Source: Acidobacteria bacterium RIFCSPLOWO2_02_FULL_67_21 (lineage in GTDB: Bacteria; Acidobacteriota; Vicinamibacteria; Vicinamibacterales; UBA2999). From it: 64,000 nt of DNA. The translations under genes and the position numbers were made by a program. The notes beneath the pieces are model-generated. The model had not been told where the DNA came from and did no database searches. It saw only the letters and a list, made by a program, of their open reading frames with translations. The stretch covers positions 64,088 to 128,087 of the forward strand of contig MEKU01000019.1 of the NCBI GenBank assembly GCA_001767195.1. The letters run 5' to 3'. Below, in pieces: positions 8,300-15,914 of this stretch (the first letter of the stretch is position 1; the number at the start of each line of letters is the position of its first letter).

Positions 8300-10318
8300 T
8301 CAGGCACGCTTCCGATTCGCCGAGCCTGCCGATGCCTGCGAGGGGACCTTCGCAGCGTCCTGAGCTTCAGGCGGCCCCTGAAACGTGAACCTCCATCGTT
8401 CGTGACAGCAGTACCGGTAGCCGGCACGTCGCAGCCGCGCGACCGCTGCCGCGACGCGCCAGAACGATGCGGGCTGGCAGAACTCGACGCAGAGGATCTG
8501 CACCCGGAGCCCATCGTCGAGGATATTCTGCAGGACGCGCCATTCGCCGCCGCCGATGCTGATCTTGAGCAGGAGGAGCTCGTCGTGGCCATGCCCGCGC
8601 ATCAATGCTCCGACCGTCGTGCAGGGCACCTCGAAGCACGCGCCCGTGTGCCAGAGGTTGACCGGGGAACACGTGTCACAGGCAGTATCGGGATGTGCAA
8701 ACAGGCGAATGTGCCCGGGCTCGTCCCAGACGGCAACCGGCACGAACGTGAACCGACGGGGATCGAATGTCCGAGTAGCGATGTGCGCGAGGGCACGTGG
8801 GGTCGGATCGAACGACCACACCTGACATGTCGTCCGCTTCAGCAGGCGGTCTTCGAGCGACGCGTCCTCGCCGACGCCGACGCTGTAGCAGATCCCGCCG
8901 GCGCCCAGCGGCGCCACGGGGAGAAGCCAACCCTGGTACTCAGTACCGAACTTTTCCAGCGCATCGCGCCGACGGGCGAGCCGCCACGGCACGCTGATAG
9001 CCCACATGCCGGCGCGGTTGGCTCTCGACACGAGCGTGTCCCAGGCCGTCCGAACGACGCCCCGAGCGGCAATTTTTTTCCGCCACGCGCTCGCGCGCTC
9101 GCCGATATCCGCTGCGCCCACGAGGAGTCGCCCCGCCGCTCGTGTGAGCCGCGCGCTCGCGGTGTCCCGAGGCTGCAGCGCGAGCACGCTGCTCGCGAAC
9201 CGCTCGAAGTCGGCCACCCACGCGTCGTGGTCCCACGCGTGCACGCGCTCGGCGCCTCGCCCCCCCATGCGCTCGCGCAGACCAGAATCACTGGCGAGAA
9301 GGACCATCCTCCCGGCCAGGGCCTCCGCGTCGCCGTAGGGAACGACGAACCCGTTGCCACTGTCGCGCACACGCTGCCTCACATCACCCGCCGCATCCGA
9401 GGTGATTACCGGTAGCCCCGCCGCATGCGCCTCTTCGACGACGAGCCCGAAGGTATCTCCGAGGGACGGAAAAACGAAGACGTCGGCGCTGGCGTAGTAC
9501 CGGGGAAGATCGGGCGGCTGGACGAAGGGCACGAACACGATCCCGTCCGTCCCTTCGGCTGCCGCTCGAAGGGCGTCTTCATCCGCGCCGTCGCCGACCA
9601 GCAGGAGTGAAATATCAGGCTGCTGCTGCTTCGCACGGCGATAGGCGTCGAGCAGCACCAGCAGCCCCTTGGTCTTCAGAAACCGCCCGACGTACAGGAA
9701 TACGCACCCGCTCACGCCCAGATCCAGCCGCAACTGTCGTCGCATCTCGGCGCTGAGGGGCGCCGCATGGTGGCCGACATCGAGCGAATGGGTGACGCCG
9801 AAGACCCGGTCGGCCGGGAATCCGTATCGGTACGCGTACTGAAACGCGTCAGCAGGAACAGCGCCTCGCTGGGATGCAGGCGGCGCGTGGGCCTGAGCTG
9901 CATCCGCGGAGCGGAAGAGCACGTACTTCGCCAGTTCCTTCCACCATCGGCGCCGGATGACGGCGTCGAACGTCCGCTCCACGAAGAAGGCGTTCCGAAT
10001 GCCGAGCGCCCTGAAGATCAGGTGGCCGACGACGAAGGGGCGCTCTCCATAGAGCGAGAGGATCAGGTCCGGCCTGAGCGCGTCGCAACGTTGAATGAAA
10101 CGCGTCAAGGACGCACGGCTTTCACCGGGATCCTCGACGTACATGCCGCGGAACCGCCACGATGACGGGTCGACAGCCCAACTGCGACCCGGCTCTGTCC
10201 GCCGGGCGAACCACACCGACACATCGAACGTCTGTCGGTCCGCGAGCCGGTTGTACCGCTCGACGGCATATGGGGCAGGCAGGTTGTCCCAGATCACGAG
10301 GCGGGAGGACTGTCGCAT
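8300..10318 (-). CDS. Bifunctional glycosyltransferase family 4 (N-terminal) :: FkbM-family methyltransferase (C-terminal)
   Basis: 672 aa. The GT-B EX7E region is VFVFPSLGDTFGLVVEEAHAAGLPVITS. After about residue 470 come FkbM-like GICYSVGVGEDASLE..VWSFDPTP..LLLLKISIGGGEWRVL. Confidence 0.85.
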   Translation of the reverse strand: MRQSSRLVIWDNLPAPYAVERYNRLADRQTFDVSVWFARRTEPGRSWAVDPSSWRFRGMYVEDPGESRASLTRFIQRCDALRPDLILSLYGERPFVVGHLIFRALGIRNAFFVERTFDAVIRRRWWKELAKYVLFRSADAAQAHAPPASQRGAVPADAFQYAYRYGFPADRVFGVTHSLDVGHHAAPLSAEMRRQLRLDLGVSGCVFLYVGRFLKTKGLLVLLDAYRRAKQQQPDISLLLVGDGADEDALRAAAEGTDGIVFVPFVQPPDLPRYYASADVFVFPSLGDTFGLVVEEAHAAGLPVITSDAAGDVRQRVRDSGNGFVVPYGDAEALAGRMVLLASDSGLRERMGGRGAERVHAWDHDAWVADFERFASSVLALQPRDTASARLTRAAGRLLVGAADIGERASAWRKKIAARGVVRTAWDTLVSRANRAGMWAISVPWRLARRRDALEKFGTEYQGWLLPVAPLGAGGICYSVGVGEDASLEDRLLKRTTCQVWSFDPTPRALAHIATRTFDPRRFTFVPVAVWDEPGHIRLFAHPDTACDTCSPVNLWHTGACFEVPCTTVGALMRGHGHDELLLLKISIGGGEWRVLQNILDDGLRVQILCVEFCQPASFWRVAAAVARLRRAGYRYCCHERWRFTFQGPPEAQDAAKVPSQASAGSANRKRA

Positions 10319-11475
10319 CAGAGGGCGAGGTGGTGCGGCCGTTCGGCGTCCACGCCGGCGATGCCGCGGAAGACGGCCGCATACTCCTCAGCGCTGTGTT
10401 CGATCGTGCGTGAGCCGAGGATGGTCCGTCGAGCGGACCGCGCGCGCGCCACGCGGTGGGGATCCTCGAGCACGGTGAGGAGGCCCGTCGCGAACGCCTC
10501 CGGCGCACAGTCCGTCACCTGGCCGCCGCCCATATCCTGAAGCCCCCGGACTTCGCACTGGCGCGTGAGCACGCATGGCGTGCCCGCCGCCAGCGCTTCG
10601 AGCGCCGCGAGCGACGTCTCCTCGTACAGTGTCGCGGCGACCGCGAACACGTCGGCGTCGACGTACGCCTGCACGGCGAAGTCGCCAAAGAGCGGGGGGA
10701 GAATCCTCACGGCCTCCTCGAGTCGTAGCGCGCGGGCACGCCGGCGCACGGTGCGCAGGGCGCCGTGGTCCCATCCGACGAGCGCGACGGCCAGGTCTGG
10801 AAGCGCACGACGCGCAATCGCGGCCGCTTCCATCAGCACGTCGAGCCCTTTGGTGGGATGGAAGCGTCCCATGAAGAGCACCAGCGGCTGCCGCTCGCCG
10901 AACCCCGCGGCACGCCGGAACGCTCCCCGCGCGGGGAGTGCACGGAACCGAGAGGCATCGACGCCGAGCTCGATCGGCCTGACCTGGTGGGGCTGCGCTC
11001 CCAGCCGTGCCAGCACCGCCGCTTCATGGACCGACTGGGCGACGATGGCCCGCGCTTCGCCAATCAGCCTGCGCGTTCGGTACACGCGATCGTACAGCCG
11101 GCGGTAGGGCTTCCGAATCCCGACTCCCTCCGCAAGCCCGCCGAGCGGCGACCAGACAACTGGAACGCCGGCCGCTCGAGCCGCGGCAAATGCCCAGCGC
11201 ACGTGCGGCCCCCGGGCTTCGGTCACGTGGACGACATCGCATGCGGCCGCCAGGTCGATCACCGCCCGCCGCAGTCCCACCGGGCGGTACGAGAGCCACT
11301 GCAGTCGCCCCGCGAGATAATTGGACGGATTCGGATAGCGCCTCATCGTGATGCCGTCGATCTCTTCGTCGGCCTTGTCGGTTCGATACCTGAGATCGAC
11401 CTGATCTGAGGTCGCGACCGTAATGGCCAGACCGCGGCGGGACAGCGCGCGGTCGAGATCGTAGCTGAACCGCAC
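10318..11475 (-). CDS. Glycosyltransferase family 4 (GT-B); the true start is probably upstream at a near-cognate codon (11521-11535)
   Basis: FMGRFHPTKGLDVL and YEETSLAALEALAAGTPCV. The first ATG/GTG/TTG is GTG 11475. The in-frame codons 11476-11535 read LIRILRVIPRYAPAWSFGGG, the usual GT4 beta1/Gly loop. Confidence 0.8.
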   Translation of the reverse strand: MRFSYDLDRALSRRGLAITVATSDQVDLRYRTDKADEEIDGITMRRYPNPSNYLAGRLQWLSYRPVGLRRAVIDLAAACDVVHVTEARGPHVRWAFAAARAAGVPVVWSPLGGLAEGVGIRKPYRRLYDRVYRTRRLIGEARAIVAQSVHEAAVLARLGAQPHQVRPIELGVDASRFRALPARGAFRRAAGFGERQPLVLFMGRFHPTKGLDVLMEAAAIARRALPDLAVALVGWDHGALRTVRRRARALRLEEAVRILPPLFGDFAVQAYVDADVFAVAATLYEETSLAALEALAAGTPCVLTRQCEVRGLQDMGGGQVTDCAPEAFATGLLTVLEDPHRVARARSARRTILGSRTIEHSAEEYAAVFRGIAGVDAERPHHLAL

Positions 11476-11531
11476 ACCGCCCCCGAAGCTCCACGCAGGA
11501 GCGTATCGCGGGATGACGCGCAGAATCCTGA

Positions 11532-11717
11532 TCAGGGTACGGTGTGGGTCAGGTACTGCTGGGCTGCTTCAGGCCGAGCGATCGCATGACACGATCCATG
11601 GCACCCGGCTGCGGCCGTCGCCGGACTGATCGAGTCCATCACGGGGCGTGAGAGAGGAATCAGCTGCACGGCGCCGGCCGTCCAGACCAGCAGCAGGGTG
11701 ACGGCAAGCGGCCGCAT
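11532..11717 (-). pseudogene. Chimeric relic ORF (61 codons): O-antigen-ligase-like fragment joined to a copy of the 3' end of the HAD gene
   Basis: MRPLAVTLLLVWTAGAVQLIPLSRPVMDSISPATAAA is 21/37 identical to residues 48-84 of 14484..15908. Nt 11564-11617 are 45/54 identical to 13497-13550. Hand alignments. Confidence 0.5.
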
Positions 11718-11760
11718 GAACCTCTGACTGGCTGATGATGACCCGGCCACGCGTCCGTGT

Positions 11761-13167
11761 CTATCGGTCCCGCAAAGGATTCCCGTTACAGGAGTCGATG
11801 CGCCAGAGTCCAAGCCTCCGCGAGCCGTCGTAGGTCCGGTCGAAGACCTGCTCGACGCGGCAGCGTTGCCGCGCGGCCGACACGAACCGCTCCGTCTCGT
11901 CAGAGCCGACGGCCGCCGGGGAAGTATCCTCTCGCGACACGCGGACCAGAAATGTGCCGGGATTCTGCGCCGTGATGGCCGGGAGATCGGCGACGTCCGC
12001 CCTTTCGATCCAGATCCGCCGGCGTGGTCCGTAGACGGGCGACACGTACTTCTGCGCGGCCCAGCTGGCGATGAGCGCATCCCCGTCGCGGGTCTGCGCC
12101 ACGATGTCCTCCGCGACGGCGGCCTCGCGGGCGCCCCACCAGTGCACCACCGGGTGAACGAGAAGCGCTCCTGCCAATGCCACAATGCCGGCCCCTGGCA
12201 GCAGGCGCCGCACCGGCCACGCATGACGACGCGCCATGTCCGCCCAGGCCACGGCAACGAGTGGCACCAGAGGGATGAGATACCGGCCGGCGGCCGCCAG
12301 GCGCACGAACGGCTGGCTCGACTGCCCGCTGTAGACGTAGAAGACGTACACACACAAGTACAGTGCGACGGCGGCCTTCAGCTCGCGACGGCGTTCGCCG
12401 CCGTATGTGGCCACGGCCACCAGACCGCCGGGCACCATGACCAGCAGGGCGAATACATAGATCGGGAGGCTGTCGAACGCTGCCCCGAGCGACCATCTTG
12501 ATTGGCTATGGACGAAGAACGGCGACCCGAAGAGCCACTGGGACGTCGCGAGCCGGACGCTCATCCCGACCACGAACCCGCCGGCCAGCCAGATCCACCC
12601 GTTCTCGCGGCGTCCGATCGCGCCAAGGTAGAACGGAATAAAGAGCAGGACGTTCGTTTCGCGGAAGAGCAGCGACAGCCCGGCCAGCAGGCCAGCCGCG
12701 AACCATCTCCGGGCGCTGCGCACGCCGGTCCAGAAGAGCCACAGGCCGGCCGTGACGACCGCCGCGCTGGGGACATCGCTCATGCCGATCCGTCCGAGGA
12801 CGAGCGTCGGAGCGAACACGAGAAAGAGGAGCGCTGCGAACGGCGGATATCGCAGATCGATCAACCATCGGCCGAGCATGACGATGGTGGCCGCGAGGGA
12901 GGCGACCGACGCCCAGGCCGCCGCCTGCCAGCCGCCGGCCTTCACGAACGGGACCTGCAGCAGCGACGTTCCAGGCGGATAGTGGGACACCGGAGCCGGG
13001 AATCCGCTGCCGCTTGCCCACGCGACCGCCTGCTCGACGTAGATCGACTCATCGGTCGAGACGAAGGTCTCGGCGGCAAAGAACAGGAGTCCTCCGGCGT
13101 ATGCCGCCAGAATGACGGCCGTCCAGCGCCAGAAGGTCCGCTCCGTTCGGTCGGATGTGCTATTCAT
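11761..13167 (-). CDS. GT-C-fold membrane glycosyltransferase (ArnT/PMT-like)
   Basis: 468 aa with at least 10 predicted TM helices. The first loop carries VSTDESIYVEQAVAWA (the DE..Y motif typical of GT-C enzymes). A C-terminal soluble domain follows. Confidence 0.75.
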   Translation of the reverse strand: MNSTSDRTERTFWRWTAVILAAYAGGLLFFAAETFVSTDESIYVEQAVAWASGSGFPAPVSHYPPGTSLLQVPFVKAGGWQAAAWASVASLAATIVMLGRWLIDLRYPPFAALLFLVFAPTLVLGRIGMSDVPSAAVVTAGLWLFWTGVRSARRWFAAGLLAGLSLLFRETNVLLFIPFYLGAIGRRENGWIWLAGGFVVGMSVRLATSQWLFGSPFFVHSQSRWSLGAAFDSLPIYVFALLVMVPGGLVAVATYGGERRRELKAAVALYLCVYVFYVYSGQSSQPFVRLAAAGRYLIPLVPLVAVAWADMARRHAWPVRRLLPGAGIVALAGALLVHPVVHWWGAREAAVAEDIVAQTRDGDALIASWAAQKYVSPVYGPRRRIWIERADVADLPAITAQNPGTFLVRVSREDTSPAAVGSDETERFVSAARQRCRVEQVFDRTYDGSRRLGLWRIDSCNGNPLRDR

Positions 13168-13451
13168 CCTTGATTCCCGCGCCGCAGAGTGCCTTCATGA
13201 CCATGTGCCCGAACATCAGGTGGACGTCCTCGCAGAGCTGCATGTCGAACGATGGCACCCAGACCGCGTGCCTGGCGACCTGAGCTGTTCGACGATGGCG
13301 CGTTGGAGCCCCCTCGGGCGATACCACAGCCATGACATGCGGCTCGCGAGGTAGTTCGACAGGTTGGCGAAGCGGAAAATCTCGATCCCGTCGCCGCAAG
13401 GCTGACGGCGAGGCCAGCGAGGAAGAGGGTCAGGCGGATGGTCGTCCGCAC
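13168..13451 (-). pseudogene. Decayed glycosyltransferase-4 fragment, paralogue of 10318..11475
   Basis: Three-frame reading: LAGLAVSLAATG, then DGIEIFRFANLSNYLASRMSWLWYRPRGLQRAIVEQL (21/37 identical to DGITMRRYPNPSNYLAGRLQWLSYRPVGLRRAVIDLA of the intact GT), then QLCEDVHLMFG. Frameshifts and deletions lie between the pieces. It ends at the ATG of the GT-C gene. Confidence 0.6.
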
Positions 13452-13481
13452 GCGGTTCGGGCTCGAGGTTCCGGCGCCGCG

Positions 13482-14201
13482 TCAGACGGCCGAGCCCTGC
13501 TTCAGGCCGAGCGTACGCATCACGCGATCCAGCGTGCCGGGCTGCGGCCGGGTGAGACTCAGCTCAATCTCCGCGAGCAGTGTGAGGCACTCATCGGTCG
13601 AGGGCACGAGGTGAATGCCCATCCTGTTCAGCACGGCAGGCGGGGGCGTTTCCCGGTTGCGGAAGACTGCGATGGTGCGCGCCTTCGAGTCGATGGCCAC
13701 ATCGACGCAGTTTTCCGGTGTGTCGTCGACGACGATGTCGAGCGTCAGGCCGGCGGCGATCAGGCCGCGCGACGTCGTGACGACGAAGACGCTCGGCAGG
13801 GGAAACCCCTTTGCCTCGAGCCAGCGCTGCGACTGGAGCTGGGCCGTTGCCCCGGCGGTGGCCGGGCGCCTCGTCAGGAAGATGATCTCCCAGCGGTGCT
13901 CTGCCGCCAGCGCCGCGAGTCGGGCGACGGTGCCGGGCTCGATCTCGTCGAGCGATTCCCAGAAGCCGTCAATTTGCTGCACGTGGCGCCAGAGGCGGCG
14001 CCGCTCGCGGACGGTGAGATGGAGCTCCTGCCGCAGCGGCGCATCGTCGAGGATGGCTTCGGGGACGAGGTCCGAGATCAAGGCACGACCCCTGTGCGCC
14101 GAGGCCAGGCGAGGGCCGAAGAGCTTCCCGGCCTCGCGGACCAGTGCGGCCTCCATGTCGGCGAGCACGCCGTCGAGGTCAAAGCCGATCCGCAGCGCCA
14201 T
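13482..14201 (-). CDS. HAD-superfamily hydrolase (5'-nucleotidase NT5C-like)
   Basis: 239 aa with N-terminal FDLDGVLAD (DxDGV HAD motif I) and a later VVDDTPEN. TGATG junction with the upstream gene. Confidence 0.75.
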   Translation of the reverse strand: MALRIGFDLDGVLADMEAALVREAGKLFGPRLASAHRGRALISDLVPEAILDDAPLRQELHLTVRERRRLWRHVQQIDGFWESLDEIEPGTVARLAALAAEHRWEIIFLTRRPATAGATAQLQSQRWLEAKGFPLPSVFVVTTSRGLIAAGLTLDIVVDDTPENCVDVAIDSKARTIAVFRNRETPPPAVLNRMGIHLVPSTDECLTLLAEIELSLTRPQPGTLDRVMRTLGLKQGSAV

Positions 14202-14506
14202 CAGCTGTCGCTGTCCTCATCCGTGGTCTGATGGAAGCGGTCAAGCTGCTTCACGTCGAGGGTGAGCCTCTGAAGGTTCCGGGCGAACGCCGTACCCTGC
14301 AGATTCGGCGGGTCGGCCGCCTTGCGCCGGGCGGCCTCGCGCGCTTCGATCGCATCACCCACGCTGATCGGCAGCCAGCCCCGCCAGTCGCACGCGCGGC
14401 ACCGGTACGGCCGCCGGCCGGTGATTTCCTTGCGCCAGCGCTCCCACCGGCTCCGCGTCCTCGAACGCCGGAGATTGTGCGAGTTACACTTCGGGCACTG
14501 AGACAT
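14201..14506 (-). CDS. Zinc-ribbon small protein (CPxC..CxxC), unknown function
   Basis: MSQCPKCNSHNLRRSRTRSRWERWRKEITGRRPYRCRACDWRGW. ATG 14506 lies 23 nt inside the 3' end of the ligase-family gene. Confidence 0.6.
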   Translation of the reverse strand: MSQCPKCNSHNLRRSRTRSRWERWRKEITGRRPYRCRACDWRGWLPISVGDAIEAREAARRKAADPPNLQGTAFARNLQRLTLDVKQLDRFHQTTDEDSDS

Positions 14507-15908
14507 CGGCGGGCTTTCTCGATGCCGGCATGTTATCACGCGGACTCGGCGTCACCCGGGCTGTCGCGACCGCCGGCGCCAGCGCGATCGCCGCCAGCGT
14601 GCAGAAGAGCAGCGCGTTCACCGGAATCTGGAGGCTGAACTCGAGCGTTTCCTGGATCGCCATTGCCACCAGCCCGACGGCCGAGCCGGCGCGGATCCAG
14701 TAGCCGCGACCCTCCGCGCGCGCCGCGCGCAGGTTCCGGCGGATCGCCGCCGCGAGCACGATGACGGCGACGGCGGCCGGGACGGCCACGAGGACGCCGC
14801 CTTCGGCCAGCAGCTGCACGTAGTCGTTATGGGCCCGCGACATGTGGGAGTCGCGATTCCGCGTCTGATAGAAGAGCATCGCCACCGAATACGTGTTGAG
14901 GCCGGTGCCCGTCCACGGAAACGCGCGGATGACGTCCCAGCCGTCGCGCCAGGCATCCACGCGGCTGGTCAGGTTGTTGTCCTGGAACCATTCGAGGAGC
15001 TCGACTGGGCCGCGCCTGAGGACGGGCGCCAGCAGAACCGTTGCGAGAATGACGAGGCCGATCGCCCGGCGCGCGTGACTGAGACGGCGCCGCGCCAGCA
15101 CGAGCCACGCGAACGCGACGCTGGCGGCGCCGAAGCTGAGGATCGCCGAGCGCGACACGGTCCATACGAGGGACAGGGCGCCGACGAGCACGGCCAGCGC
15201 CATCAGGACGATGCCGCTGGCCTCCCCGGACGAGAGCCATCCCGCGAGCCGCACGCGCGCTGCCTGCCGTCCGGGAAGCGTCCCCTCGATCCGGCCGAAC
15301 AGCCATCCCACAAGGACGGAGAGTGTCATCAGCATCCAGCCGCCGTAATGGTTGCGGTTGACGAACGGGCCGAACACGTTCCCGCGCGCGCTCTCGACCG
15401 GTACCCAGAACCAGTAGACCAGGTTGTTGGTGTGTTCGCGGTTGTAAAGGCTGAACAGCGCCAGCGGCACGGCGAAGATCGCCAGCGCCGGCGGCAGCGC
15501 GCGCAGCGCCTGCGCAGGAAGCAGCGCCGGCATGCCGAGCAGGTAGACACCGAGCGCCCCGAGAGCCAGCAGCGCCACGCGCGTTCTCGCCGGATCGACC
15601 GACAGTGGAAGCCATCCTTCAGCTCCGCCGGGTACGGCCAGGTGATAGCCGGCCGACAGGCTGGCGGTGGCAGGGCTGAGCCACTCGACGAGGCTCTGCG
15701 GCAGCGGCACGAGCTGCACCGAGACGGCGAACCACACCAGCAGCAGCGCCGTGGCGAGCGGGCGCATCTCCGGCGCCACGCCGCCGCGCCGGAGTCCCCA
15801 GAGGCCCATTCCTGCCGCCACGGTGAATAGCGGGACGTAGCCCCAGGCATACACCGCGCCAAAGGCGAGCGTCCCCGCGGCGATGAGCACGACGAGGAAC
15901 AGCGCCAT
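14484..15908 (-). CDS. O-antigen ligase/polymerase family membrane protein (Wzy_C domain)
   Basis: 474 aa, polytopic, with the periplasmic-loop motif SHMSRAHNDYVQLLAEGGVLV. Confidence 0.85.
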   Translation of the reverse strand: MALFLVVLIAAGTLAFGAVYAWGYVPLFTVAAGMGLWGLRRGGVAPEMRPLATALLLVWFAVSVQLVPLPQSLVEWLSPATASLSAGYHLAVPGGAEGWLPLSVDPARTRVALLALGALGVYLLGMPALLPAQALRALPPALAIFAVPLALFSLYNREHTNNLVYWFWVPVESARGNVFGPFVNRNHYGGWMLMTLSVLVGWLFGRIEGTLPGRQAARVRLAGWLSSGEASGIVLMALAVLVGALSLVWTVSRSAILSFGAASVAFAWLVLARRRLSHARRAIGLVILATVLLAPVLRRGPVELLEWFQDNNLTSRVDAWRDGWDVIRAFPWTGTGLNTYSVAMLFYQTRNRDSHMSRAHNDYVQLLAEGGVLVAVPAAVAVIVLAAAIRRNLRAARAEGRGYWIRAGSAVGLVAMAIQETLEFSLQIPVNALLFCTLAAIALAPAVATARVTPSPRDNMPASRKPADVSVPEV

Positions 15909-15914
15909 GTGCGT

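Noticed and set aside
11599-11612. Sigma-54-like TGGCAC-N5-TGC
   Set aside because: The spacing is one nt short of the GG-N10-GC consensus, the TTGC element is incomplete, and it lies on the plus strand whereas all nearby genes are on the minus strand.
11718-12353. Upper part of the 273-aa ORF 11532..12353
   Set aside because: It is out of frame inside the GT-C gene 11761..13167 and rich in R/S/P. Only its last 61 codons (from ATG 11717) carry recognisable similarity, and those are the relic.
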